In this document: in pieces, positions 19,903-29,142 of the stretch
Position numbering within the stretch: position 1 is the first letter of the stretch
How the letters are laid out: each line of letters starts with the position of its first letter
Source: an uncultured archaeon A07HR67
Lineage (GTDB): Archaea > Halobacteriota > Halobacteria > Halobacteriales > Haloferacaceae
Reading direction: 5' to 3'
NCBI GenBank assembly: GCA_000496175.1
Contig: KI543168.1
Coordinates: forward strand, 462,470 to 526,469
Length of the DNA: 64,000 nt
Notes under the pieces: model-generated
Seen by the model: only the letters and a program-made list of their open reading frames with translations
What the model was told of the DNA's origin: nothing
Database searches by the model: none
Position numbers and translations under genes: made by a program

Positions 19903-20792
19903 ACGACGACCTCGTCGGTCCGGTCGTTTGCGAACGTCTCGGCCGTGGCTTCCAGCCAGTCGGCGACCCGTGCCGGAACGTCGACCTCGCTCGCCTCGGT
20001 GAGCGCCTTGAACTCCACCGTGTGGTTGACCTCGTGGACGGTGTACGCGCCGGAGTCCGTCCCGCCGACCTCCATGAGGTCGACGCCGAGGAGACCGCCG
20101 CCGACGGCCTCGGAGGCGCGCTCGACGAGTTCGACCGCGCGGTCGTCGAGCGCGAACGAGTCGGTCTCGCCGCCCTTCGCGGCGTTCGTGAGCCAGTGAT
20201 CCGACGAGCGGGTCATCGCGGCGATCGGCTCGCCGTCGGCCGCCAACACGCGAATGTCCCGGCCGGGCTTGTCGACGAACTCCTGCACGTAGAACACCTT
20301 GTGCTCGTAGTGACCCAGCGTTTCCTTGTGTTCGAGGATCGCCTCGGCGGCGCTTCGGGTGTCGATCTTCGCCATCAGCCGTCCCCACGAGCCGACGACG
20401 GGTTTGAGCACACAGGGGTAGCCGAACGCCTCGATCGCCTCCATCGCCGCCTCCTTGGTGAACGCGACCTCCGTCGCCGGGGTGGGGATGTCGGCGTTCG
20501 CGAGCGCGAGCGAGTTGGTGGCTTTGTCCGCACAGACGTCGCCGGTTTCGGGGCCGTTCACCACGGGGACCCCGTAGCTGTCGAGAAACCGGGTGGCGTA
20601 CAACGAGCGGCTCGTCGAGAGACACCGGTCGACGACGAGGTCGAGATCCGCGACGTCGGCGGTGGTCGATTCCAGGCCGAACCGCTGGCTGCGGACGTCG
20701 ATCTTCTCGACCTCGTGGCCCCGCTCGCGGAGCTCCGCGAGCAGCAGCTTCTCGTCCCGGCGGATCCGGGAGTAGAGGATTCCTATGCGCAT
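19899..20792 (-). CDS. argX: Glutamate/aminoadipate-LysW ligase (ATP-grasp)
   Basis: KPVVGSWGR, QEFV, DIRV, EVNHTVEF. Confidence 0.93.
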   Translation of the reverse strand: MRIGILYSRIRRDEKLLLAELRERGHEVEKIDVRSQRFGLESTTADVADLDLVVDRCLSTSRSLYATRFLDSYGVPVVNGPETGDVCADKATNSLALANADIPTPATEVAFTKEAAMEAIEAFGYPCVLKPVVGSWGRLMAKIDTRSAAEAILEHKETLGHYEHKVFYVQEFVDKPGRDIRVLAADGEPIAAMTRSSDHWLTNAAKGGETDSFALDDRAVELVERASEAVGGGLLGVDLMEVGGTDSGAYTVHEVNHTVEFKALTEASEVDVPARVADWLEATAETFANDRTDEVVV

Positions 20793-20818
20793 GTCGACCA
20801 CGCGATCGTCGCCGTCAT

Positions 20819-21007
20819 CTACTCGCCCCAGTCCTCCTCGAGCTCGGGAGCCTCCTCCAGCACGACGGGGTCGAGCGAGATCACCTCGAGTTCGGTCCCG
20901 GTGACCGGACTGTCAATTATCTCGCCGACCTCGACGTCGGCCGGAAGCTCGATCTCCTCGCCAGTGATCGGGTCCTCTGCCAGCACCGGGTCGGTATTGG
21001 TCGTCAT
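20819..21007 (-). CDS. argW: Amino-group carrier protein ArgW/LysW
   Basis: Acidic 62 aa ending EEDWGE. Confidence 0.96.
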   Translation of the reverse strand: MTTNTDPVLAEDPITGEEIELPADVEVGEIIDSPVTGTELEVISLDPVVLEEAPELEEDWGE

Positions 21008-21029
21008 CGTAGCCGATCCTCTTCACCGT

Positions 21030-21071
21030 ATGGGCATAAATCCTTCGAACCTATAATACAAATTATAATAC
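21030..21071 (-). promoter_or_regulatory. argW promoter plus palindromic operator candidate
   Basis: TTTATG at 21040-21035 (about 28-33 nt before ATG); TATAAT-ACAA-ATTATA at 21052-21067. Confidence 0.6.
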
Positions 21072-21128
21072 TGAAAGACGCCTCTACCCGAACAAAAGCG
21101 GCGCACAGCCGTCGTGTGAAATCCAGTG

Positions 21129-21266
21129 TCAGATTTCGATCATACGTCGTCTCCGCCGTGGGGACGGCGGCCCGTTTGGGCCCGGTCGTCGCAGCCCGGC
21201 CCCGTGTGAGGAATCGATCGAACGGTCGAGCACGGGCGGTCCCGCCTCCTGAGACGGGTCACACAT
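21129..21266 (-). CDS. Putative Arg-run leader peptide (45 aa)
   Basis: ATG overlaps the argH end; MCDPSQ...LRRPGP...PRRRRRMIEI. Confidence 0.4.
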   Translation of the reverse strand: MCDPSQEAGPPVLDRSIDSSHGAGLRRPGPNGPPSPRRRRRMIEI

Positions 21267-22761
21267 ACGTCGCCACCTCCGTTTCACGGCGGTCGGCCGC
21301 GGCCGCGAGCCGGTCCCGGCGCGCGTCAAGCGCCGCCGCGTCGTCGTCGAGCGCCGACTCGGCCGTCGCGATCGCCTCGGCGACGGCGTCGGGCGCCGGT
21401 CCGCCGGCGGAGTCGCGGTCCGCGACGCTGTTGACGGGGTCGAGTGCGGCCTCGACGTCCGCGCGGCTCACGTACGCCGAAAGCGAGTCGCCGGCGACGT
21501 CACGAACCGCCTCCTCAATCGTCGCGGCCGCCGCCGCGGGCGCGTCGGCGTCGTCGATCGTCTCAGCCGCCGCAGCGACAACCTCGTGGGCGGTCCGGAA
21601 CGGCATCCCGGCGGCCGCGAGCAGGTCGGCGACGCCCGTCGCCGTCGAAAAGCCGTCGCCGGCCGTCTCGGCGAGCGTCTCGACGGCCCAGTCGGCGGTC
21701 GCGACGGCTCCGGCGGCGACCGCCGTCGCCTCCCGCACGTCGCCGGCGACCTCGAACACCCCGGCGTGAGCGCGCTGGAGGTCGCGGTTGTACGCGCGCG
21801 GCAGCCCCTTCAACAACGAGAACGTTCCCGTCGCCTCGCCGATCGCGTCGCCGGCGACGCCACGGGTCAACTCCAACGTGTCGGGGTTCTTCTTTTGTGG
21901 CATGATCGAGGAGGTCGACGCGTACGCGTCCGACAGCTCCAGAAAGCCCTTGTTCGAAAAGAGGATCAGGTCCTCTGCGAGCCCCGACAACGACATCGCA
22001 AGCGTCGCACACGCGGTCGACCCCTCCGCGAGGAAGTCCCGGGCAGAGGCGGCGTCCATAGAGTTGGAGACGACTCCGTCGAACCCCAACAACGCCGCGG
22101 TGCGCTCGCGGTCGATGTCGAACGGGGTACCCGCGAACGCGGCCCCGCCGAGCGGCGAGCGGTTCGTGCGGTCGTACGCGCCCAGCAGCCGCTCGGTGTC
22201 GCGAGCGACCGCCCCCTCGTAGGACAACAGGTAGTGAGCGACCGTCGTCGGCTGAGCGGGCTGGAGGTGGGTGTATCCCGGCATCACGGTCTCCGTGTGT
22301 GCTTTCGCGACGTCGATGAGCGCCTCCCGCAGCGTCACCGTCGCCTCGGCGACCGCGAGCAGGTCCTCCCGCAGGCGGTACCGAATACACGCCGCGACCT
22401 CGTCGTTGCGCGAGCGCGCCGTGTGCATCCGCCCGCCGTCGGGACCCATCCGGTCGATAACGGCCGTCTCGATCGCCTCGTGGACGTCTTCGCCGTCCGG
22501 CAGCGCGGCGTGACCGGCCGCTTCCACGTCCGCGAGCGCCGCGAGGATGTCTCCCGCGACCCCGTCGTCGACGATGTCCTGTTCCGCGAGCATGATCACG
22601 TGCGCGCGGTCGACCGCGAGGTCGGCTGGGAAGAGCGCCTCGTCGGCCGCGAGACTCGAGAGGAACTCGCGGGCGGGGCCGCCGCTGAACCGGTCGCGTC
22701 GGACGGCCGTGCCGCTCCCGGCGGCCGCGTCGTCGTCGGAGCCGGAGGGGTCGTCGGTCAT
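21259..22761 (-). CDS. argH: Argininosuccinate lyase
   Basis: HTARSRND, GYTHLQ, SSIMPQKKNPD, YNRDLQ. Confidence 0.97.
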   Translation of the reverse strand: MTDDPSGSDDDAAAGSGTAVRRDRFSGGPAREFLSSLAADEALFPADLAVDRAHVIMLAEQDIVDDGVAGDILAALADVEAAGHAALPDGEDVHEAIETAVIDRMGPDGGRMHTARSRNDEVAACIRYRLREDLLAVAEATVTLREALIDVAKAHTETVMPGYTHLQPAQPTTVAHYLLSYEGAVARDTERLLGAYDRTNRSPLGGAAFAGTPFDIDRERTAALLGFDGVVSNSMDAASARDFLAEGSTACATLAMSLSGLAEDLILFSNKGFLELSDAYASTSSIMPQKKNPDTLELTRGVAGDAIGEATGTFSLLKGLPRAYNRDLQRAHAGVFEVAGDVREATAVAAGAVATADWAVETLAETAGDGFSTATGVADLLAAAGMPFRTAHEVVAAAAETIDDADAPAAAAATIEEAVRDVAGDSLSAYVSRADVEAALDPVNSVADRDSAGGPAPDAVAEAIATAESALDDDAAALDARRDRLAAAADRRETEVATYV

Positions 22762-24054
22762 CTATTCGGCGTCTGTGGTGTCGTCCGTTGCGGGGTCGTC
22801 GTCGGCCGCTGCGGCACCGCCGTCGACGCTGCCGTCGGCCGCTGCGGCACCGCCGTCAGCCACCACCTCGGGCTTTTCCACGCCCGTCTTCACCTCGTTG
22901 GCGAGACGTTCCTGGAGCCCGTGGTACTTCGCGACGCCCGTGGCGTCCGCCTGCGCGATTCCGGCGACGTCCTCGGTGTTGAACGACGCCATCTCCTCGG
23001 AGTACACCGCGTACTCGGAGTCGCGGGCGACGACGCGGCAGTTGCCGCCGGCGACTTTCACCGTCGCGGTGCCGGTGACGACGTCCTGCGTCTCGTCGAC
23101 GAACGCGTTCAACGCGTCGACGACGGGCGCGAACACGAGCCCCTCGTACGCCTTCTCGGACCACTCGTGTTCGATCCCCGTCTTGAACGAGCGCTCGTTT
23201 TTCGTGAGCACGAGGTCTTCGAGGGCCTGATGCGCAGTCAACAGGACGGTCGCGGCCGGATGTTCGTAGTTCTCGCGCACTTTCAGCCCGAGCATGCGGT
23301 CTTCCATCACGTCGGTGCGGCCGACGCCGTAGTCGCCCGCGTACTCGTTGAGGTGCTGGATCAGCGGGACGGGCGCCATCTCCTCGCCGTCGACGGCGAC
23401 CGGACACCCCTCCTCGAAGGTGACCTCGATGGTCGTCTCTCCCTCGGGTTCGGCGGTCCACTCGTAGATGTCCGCCGGCGGCTCGTAGTCGGGATTCTCC
23501 AGGTTCCCTCCCTCGACCGCCCGCGACCAGATGTTCTCGTCGATGGACCAGACGCCGCCGTCGCCCGCCTCGACCGGGAGATCATTCTCGGCGGCGTAGT
23601 CGATCTCCCACTCGCGTGTGAGTCCGAGTTCGCGAACGGGTGCGATCACCTCAAGGTCCGAGCCGCGCCACACCGCCTCGAACCGGAGTTGGTCGTTCCC
23701 CTTGCCCGTACAGCCGTGTGCGATCGCATCACACCCTTGCTCCTCGGCGACCGCCAGAATCGACTCCGCGATGACGGGGCGCGCGAGCGCGGTCCCGAGC
23801 GGGTATCCTTGGTACGTCGCGTTGGCTTTCACCGCGTCGAAACACAGCTCTGCGAATTCCGCTTTCGCGTCGACGACGTGAAGGTCGAGCCCGAGCGCCT
23901 CCGCCGTCTCCTCGGCCTCGTCGAACTCCTCGGTCGGCTGACCGACGTCGACGTTGACGCCGACGACCTCGTCGTAGCCGTACTCTTCTTTCAAGAGTGG
24001 TACACAGACCGTGGTGTCGAGTCCGCCGCTGAACGCGAGTGCAACGCGTGCCAT
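22762..24054 (-). CDS. argG: Argininosuccinate synthase
   Basis: AFSGGLDT, HGCTGKGNDQLRF, SIDENIW. Confidence 0.97.
   Translation of the reverse strand: MARVALAFSGGLDTTVCVPLLKEEYGYDEVVGVNVDVGQPTEEFDEAEETAEALGLDLHVVDAKAEFAELCFDAVKANATYQGYPLGTALARPVIAESILAVAEEQGCDAIAHGCTGKGNDQLRFEAVWRGSDLEVIAPVRELGLTREWEIDYAAENDLPVEAGDGGVWSIDENIWSRAVEGGNLENPDYEPPADIYEWTAEPEGETTIEVTFEEGCPVAVDGEEMAPVPLIQHLNEYAGDYGVGRTDVMEDRMLGLKVRENYEHPAATVLLTAHQALEDLVLTKNERSFKTGIEHEWSEKAYEGLVFAPVVDALNAFVDETQDVVTGTATVKVAGGNCRVVARDSEYAVYSEEMASFNTEDVAGIAQADATGVAKYHGLQERLANEVKTGVEKPEVVADGGAAAADGSVDGGAAAADDDPATDDTTDAE
22800..22857. repeat. 33-bp-period duplication in argG tail
   Basis: CGTCGGCCGCTGCGGCACCGCCGTC at 22800 and 22833. 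Confidence 0.85.
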
Positions 24055-24077
24055 TACTGAGGTACAGTAGGGTCACG

Positions 24078-24092
24078 CCCTTAAATTCGTTG
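24078..24092 (-). promoter_or_regulatory. argG BRE/TATA
   Basis: AACGAATTTAAGG about 25-38 nt upstream of ATG. Confidence 0.6.
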
Positions 24093-24194
24093 GTTTTTGT
24101 TTTGTAATAATGTCTGAGAGCCGGGGCTCGCGAGAAACGCAGCGGCGGCTCTCCGGGTGAAACGGCGCGAACGCGACGAGAAGAACGTCCCAGC

Positions 24195-24311
24195 CTATGG
24201 GACCGGTCGTCGCGCCGCGCCGGAAGCCGGTCGCGGCGGTCGGACGCCTCGTCGCGGTCGCGGGGCTCGTCGTCGGAAACGGACGGGGTCACGACGAGCC
24301 TCCGCGCTCAT
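24195..24311 (-). CDS. Putative Arg-rich leader peptide (38 aa)
   Basis: MSAEARRDPVRFRRRAPRPRRGVRPPRPASGAARRPVP; 13 Arg; same TCAGTAATG start context as argG. Confidence 0.5.
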   Translation of the reverse strand: MSAEARRDPVRFRRRAPRPRRGVRPPRPASGAARRPVP

Positions 24312-24414
24312 TACTGATATGTACTCTATCCGGAGTACAAGAAGGTTGCGAGACGCGCCGGCGCTGCCAACTCCGACGGCGTGCCGCCGACGCCTGCGGC
24401 GTCTCGCGGAACGC

Positions 24415-25752
24415 CTACAACGTCTCGCGGTACGCCTCCAAGGTCCGTTCGACGTCCTCGTCGGTGTGTGCGTACGAAACGAACTGGCACTCGTACTGAT
24501 TGGCGGTGAGAAACACCCCGCGGTCTTTCATTCCCTGCCAGAACACCCGCTCCCACCGGTCCGTGGCGGCGTCCGCCACGTCCGCGCCGGTTTTCGGGCA
24601 GCTCCCGTACCGGTCACACGAGGGATCCTGTCGGCAGCCGTCGGCACAACAGCCGCTCACGTCGGCAGGAGCCTCGCGGGTAAAGACGGTTTTGAACATC
24701 GAGTCGGTGCCGACCACGGTGTACTCCGGGGCGCGGTCGGCACAGATCTCTGTGATACCCTCACGGAGTTTCTGCCCGAGGCGATTCACGTGGTCGTACA
24801 CGCCGTTATCGGCGGCGTACTCCAGGTACGCCTTGCCCGCGGCCATCGTGACCGGGTGTCCCGAGAACGTGCCGGACTGAAACACGTCGCCGGCGGGAGT
24901 GAACTCCTCGATGATCGCCGCTCGGCCGCCGATCGCCCCGACCGGGAAGCCGCCGCCGATGATCTTTCCGAAGGTGGTCACGTCGGGGGTGACGCCGAAT
25001 CGCGACTGCGCACAGCCGAGTCCGCCCACCCGAAAGCCGGTGATCACCTCGTCGAAGATCAACAACGCGCCGTGGTCGTCACAGAGGTCTCGCAGCGTCT
25101 CGTGGTAGCCGTCGACCGGCATGACGATCCCCATGTTGGCGAGTATCGGCTCGACCAACACCGCCGCGATCTCGTCGCCGTGTGCCGCGAACACCTCCCT
25201 TGCGGCCTGCGGGTCGTTGAACGGGATCGGAAGCGTGTGCTCGGCGAACGCCTCGGGGATGCCCGCCGTCGACGGATGCGGGTTCTCCGGCGATCCTTCG
25301 ACGAGCGTCGACTCCTGTGCGCCGTGGTAGCCGCCGTGCATCACGACGATCTTGTCGCGGCCGGTGTGTCCGCGGGCGAGCCGAACCGCCGAGACCGTCG
25401 CCTCCGTGCCGGAGTTGACGAACCGAATCGACTCGACGCTGGGAACGTGGCGGGCGACGAACTCCGCGTGTTCGACCTCGATCTCCGTCGGGGCGCCGTA
25501 CATCGGCCCCGCTGCCGTGTGCGACTGCACCGCCGCCTCCACCGGCTCCGGAAGCTCGTGGCCGTACAACAACGGACCGTACCCCATCACCCAGTCGATG
25601 TACCGGTTGCCGTCGGCGTCGATCACGTGCCCGCCGTCGCCGCGCTCGACGAAGAACGGGTGAGGCATCGTCGCCCGGACCGAGGAGTTGACCCCACCGG
25701 GCATGACCGACAACGCGCGGTCGTACAAGCCGCGAGAACGCTCGTGATCCAT
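24415..25752 (-). CDS. hemL: Glutamate-1-semialdehyde 2,1-aminomutase
   Basis: [32 protein letters not shown]. Confidence 0.95.
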   Translation of the reverse strand: MDHERSRGLYDRALSVMPGGVNSSVRATMPHPFFVERGDGGHVIDADGNRYIDWVMGYGPLLYGHELPEPVEAAVQSHTAAGPMYGAPTEIEVEHAEFVARHVPSVESIRFVNSGTEATVSAVRLARGHTGRDKIVVMHGGYHGAQESTLVEGSPENPHPSTAGIPEAFAEHTLPIPFNDPQAAREVFAAHGDEIAAVLVEPILANMGIVMPVDGYHETLRDLCDDHGALLIFDEVITGFRVGGLGCAQSRFGVTPDVTTFGKIIGGGFPVGAIGGRAAIIEEFTPAGDVFQSGTFSGHPVTMAAGKAYLEYAADNGVYDHVNRLGQKLREGITEICADRAPEYTVVGTDSMFKTVFTREAPADVSGCCADGCRQDPSCDRYGSCPKTGADVADAATDRWERVFWQGMKDRGVFLTANQYECQFVSYAHTDEDVERTLEAYRETL

Positions 25753-25852
25753 ACGAGCCGGTTGGACCGCGGGGCAAAAAGGGGTTGGTCAACGGCCGGC
25801 GAGAACGACGACCGGCCGCGCGTCGGAGGAACCCAGCTCCGGCAGTGACCGA

Positions 25853-27499
25853 TCAGACCGCCTCCGGACCGGTCGCGCCGGTGCGGACTTGGACGGCGTC
25901 TTCGACGGGCAGTATGAACACCTTCCCGTCGCCCGGCTCGCCGGTTTTCGCGGCCTCGCTTATTGCTTCCGCGACCTCGTCGGCTGGGATGTCGGCGACG
26001 ACGACATCGACTTTGACCTTCTGGTGGAGGTCAACGGTGAACTCCTCGCCGCGCCACTGGCCCTTCTTTGCGGGCTGGTTGCCGCGACCGGAGACGTTCG
26101 TCACGGTGAGCGACGGGGCGTTGATCTCCGCGAGCGCGGTCTTGATGTCGCCGAGCTTATCTGGACGGACGACCGCGGTGACCATCTTGATCGCCGACCC
26201 TGCCTCTTCGCCGCCGTCAGTGCGCGGGGAGTCGGTCGTGTCGACGACGTCGGGGCCGCCGTCGGTCGCGACGCGGTCGCCGCCGAACTCGGGGTAGGTC
26301 TCGACGCCGTGTTCGGCGATGTCCAGACCGTCCTGTTCGTGGTCGGGAGTGACGCGAGCCTCGCCGACGACGTTGAGCGCGTACCAGATGGCCGCGGTCG
26401 CCGTCAGCGTCCAGCCGCCGATGATGACCACGCCGGTGACCTGTGCGAGGAACTGTGCGCCGATGCTCGCCTCGAACGCGCCGGGAACGGCGACGAACGG
26501 CATCAGGAGCGTTCCGAGCACCCCCGCGCTTCCGTGGACGGGGAAGACGGCACACACGTCGTCGATCTTGAGCCGCTCGGAGACGAAGTCGAACACGATC
26601 GGAAGCTGAATGCCGGCGAGGCCGCCGACGACGAAGGCGCCCCACCACGCGGTCGTGTTCGGAATGGCCGTGATGGCCGCCAGTCCTGCGAGCATTCCGT
26701 TGGCGGTGTAAAGCGTGTCGACCTTTCCGGACCGAACCCAGGTCATGCCGGCGGAGCCGATAGCGCCGGCCGCCATGGCGATCGTCGTTCCCATCGCGAC
26801 GAGGCTGAGCGTGTTCGCGCCGTCACCGAGGTCGAAGGCGCCGGCGGTGCCGACGTTGAACCCGTACCAGCCGAAACAAAGCATCAGCGTCCCCAACACC
26901 GCGAACGTCATCGAGTGACCGGGGATGACGTTGATGCTGCCGTCGTCGTCGTAGCGGTCCATCCGCGGACCCAGAACGGCCGCGGCCGTGAGTCCGGCAA
27001 TCCCGCCCATGCCGTGGACGATCATGCCGCCCGCGAAGTCGGCGAACGGCGCGCCGACGAGCTGTTCGACCAGCCCCGTTTCGGGGGCGGCCCAGGTGAA
27101 CGCCGTGACCATCGGGTAGATGACCGCGGCCAGCAGGAACGTGTACGTGACGTACGCCCGGAGCTTCGCGCGTCCGGCGACGGCCCCCGAGACGATCGTC
27201 GCGGCGGTCATCGCAAAGACGGCGCCGTACAGCCAGCCGATGTATCCGCCCGCGCCTGCCGCCGGCGCGAAGCCCGCGCCGGTCATCAGGCTCTCGAAGC
27301 CGGTACCGATGACGAAGAACACGGCGACGCCGACCGCCCACGTCAGCATGTTCTTCGTGAGCTGGTTGGCGACGTTCTTCGAACGGACCTGACCCGCCTC
27401 AAGCATGGCGAAGCCGGCATGCATGAAGAAGATGAGGAATGAGACGGTGAGGATCCACGTCTGGTTGACCGCGTCGACGACCGTGGCGATATCGGTCAT
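25853..27499 (-). CDS. amt: Ammonium transporter fused to C-terminal PII (GlnK) domain
   Basis: [34 protein letters not shown], then in-frame PII ([21 protein letters not shown]). Confidence 0.95.
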   Translation of the reverse strand: MTDIATVVDAVNQTWILTVSFLIFFMHAGFAMLEAGQVRSKNVANQLTKNMLTWAVGVAVFFVIGTGFESLMTGAGFAPAAGAGGYIGWLYGAVFAMTAATIVSGAVAGRAKLRAYVTYTFLLAAVIYPMVTAFTWAAPETGLVEQLVGAPFADFAGGMIVHGMGGIAGLTAAAVLGPRMDRYDDDGSINVIPGHSMTFAVLGTLMLCFGWYGFNVGTAGAFDLGDGANTLSLVAMGTTIAMAAGAIGSAGMTWVRSGKVDTLYTANGMLAGLAAITAIPNTTAWWGAFVVGGLAGIQLPIVFDFVSERLKIDDVCAVFPVHGSAGVLGTLLMPFVAVPGAFEASIGAQFLAQVTGVVIIGGWTLTATAAIWYALNVVGEARVTPDHEQDGLDIAEHGVETYPEFGGDRVATDGGPDVVDTTDSPRTDGGEEAGSAIKMVTAVVRPDKLGDIKTALAEINAPSLTVTNVSGRGNQPAKKGQWRGEEFTVDLHQKVKVDVVVADIPADEVAEAISEAAKTGEPGDGKVFILPVEDAVQVRTGATGPEAV

Positions 27500-27585
27500 T
27501 GTTCCGCCTCCGATACGGTCCGAGTGAGTAGTTTACGATCCGACACTGCTTCGGGCTCGTACAATCCGTCTGTGAAGTGCGTCAC
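27496..27585 (-). CDS. Putative 29-aa uORF coupled to amt
   Basis: GTG 26-31 nt after TTTATA; [29 protein letters not shown]; TGA overlaps amt ATG. Confidence 0.5.
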   Translation of the reverse strand: MTHFTDGLYEPEAVSDRKLLTRTVSEAEQ

Positions 27586-27607
27586 AGTAGTACTTTCAAA
27601 AACACAT

Positions 27608-27701
27608 ACGTATAAACCTTAGAGTTGAGTTTCACAAGAAATTCTTCTGATATTAGCCTCGGTGTCAGATATAAGGACGTGTATAGGGTGTATAAGGACG
27701 T
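27608..27701 (-). promoter_or_regulatory. amt promoter and upstream direct repeats
   Basis: TTTATA at 27616-27611; TATAAGGACGT at 27670 and 27691. Confidence 0.6.
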
Positions 27702-27932
27702 AATCCTGGCGGCGGCTTGGCAATCGTTGCGAACGAACTAAACACGCGTAGTGTACGCGCACCAATAGTATCGGCAGAGACGGGGTGGTTCGGCCCGGAC
27801 GCGGCGGCCGCGGGCAGATATTGCCGTTTGCGCGGTCGTCCGTCACACAGTAGAACCCGCGAGATGCCGGATACCGTGCGTTTCAGGCGGTCTCTCCTCG
27901 AATCTGACGTTTGTACACCAACCGCGAGGCGG

Positions 27933-28964
27933 CTACTCTGGCTTCAATCCGGGGCCTTGGACGCGCATGACGGCCTCGCCGTCGGCGAGGTTCGGCGCGT
28001 CGACGAGCCGGACAATCCGCTTGTCGGCCTTCGATTTGCGCAGGTACATCCGGAAGGTCGAGGCGTGTCCGAGGATGTTGCCGCCGATCGCTTGCGTGGG
28101 GTCACCGAAGTAGGAGTCGGGGTTGGAAGCGACCTGGTTGGTGACGAGAATAGCGGTGTTGAACAGGTCACCGATCCGCATCAGATCGTGGAGGTGTTTG
28201 TTGAGCTTCTGTTGGCGGTTGGCGAGTTCTCCGCGGCCGACGTACTCGGCACGGAAGTGGGCGGTCAGCGAGTCCACACAGACGATCCGGATCGGCCATT
28301 CGCCTTCCTCGTGTTCGCTCGCGAGTTCTTTCGCCTTCTCGGCCAGCAGAATCTGGTGGTTGGAGTTGAACGCCTTCGCGACGTGGATCTGGTCGAGAAA
28401 CGCGGCGACGAGCTCTTCCATTGCCGCCTCGTCGCCCGGCGTCCCCTCGATCTCGCGGCGTTCTAACTCGTCTGCGAGAATCTCGTCGTCGAGTCCGCGC
28501 ACCATGTCGTCGATCCGCTCGGGGCGGAACGTGTCCTCGGAGTCGACGAAGATACAGCCGCCGTCGAGCCCGCCGTTCTCCGCCGAAAGCTGGACGTTGA
28601 CCGCCATCTGGTGGGTGACCTGTGATTTCCCGGAGCCGAACTCGCCGTACACCTCGGTGATCGATTGCGTCTCGATGCCGCCGCCGAGAAGGTCGTCGAC
28701 CTCCGGGATCTGCCAGGAGAGCTTCCCGATCTCCTGGCGACGTTCGAGAACGGTCGCGCCCGTCTCGAACCCACCGACGTCGGCGGCGTCGCGCGCGGCG
28801 TTGATGATGTCAGAGGCGGACGACTCGCCGATGTCAGCCGTGTTCGACAACTCGCCGGGGCTCGCCACGGCGATCGACTGGTAGCTCTCGAATCCGTTCT
28901 CGACCAGCTTGTCTGAGGTCGCCGGGCCGACTCCTGGGAGGTCCTCGAGTTCGTCTTCGGGCAT
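27933..28964 (-). CDS. radA: DNA recombinase RadA
   Basis: LPGVGP Hh[26 protein letters not shown]. Confidence 0.98.
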   Translation of the reverse strand: MPEDELEDLPGVGPATSDKLVENGFESYQSIAVASPGELSNTADIGESSASDIINAARDAADVGGFETGATVLERRQEIGKLSWQIPEVDDLLGGGIETQSITEVYGEFGSGKSQVTHQMAVNVQLSAENGGLDGGCIFVDSEDTFRPERIDDMVRGLDDEILADELERREIEGTPGDEAAMEELVAAFLDQIHVAKAFNSNHQILLAEKAKELASEHEEGEWPIRIVCVDSLTAHFRAEYVGRGELANRQQKLNKHLHDLMRIGDLFNTAILVTNQVASNPDSYFGDPTQAIGGNILGHASTFRMYLRKSKADKRIVRLVDAPNLADGEAVMRVQGPGLKPE

Positions 28965-29142
28965 GTACACCGGGATTGTGCGGCTTCGGATATAAAGCCT
29001 GGTTTACAGCTTGGTGGAAGTGAAATCCGGGTCGACGCTGCCAGTTTCTCGGTCGGCTTCGCGTATCAATCCGCGGACGATCCGACTCCGTTTGCGGACC
29101 GGCGTCGACGACACCGGAGCCCGGTTTGCGCGCCGGTGACGC

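Noticed and set aside
14587-21007. LysW cluster as a lysine operon
   Set aside because: Flanked by argF, argG and argH with no homocitrate-pathway genes in the window, so arginine synthesis is more likely
21586-24060. Long antisense or off-frame ORFs (for example 824, 754, 869 and 772 aa)
   Set aside because: Shadow frames of real genes caused by high-GC codon bias; no recognisable motifs
23729-24292. 187-aa ORF overlapping the argG start
   Set aside because: Runs through the argG promoter and out of frame into argG; the 38-aa ATG ORF fits the promoter spacing better
27619-27846. 75-aa ORF in the amt-radA gap
   Set aside because: Non-acidic with atypical codons, and it overlaps the AT-rich regulatory region
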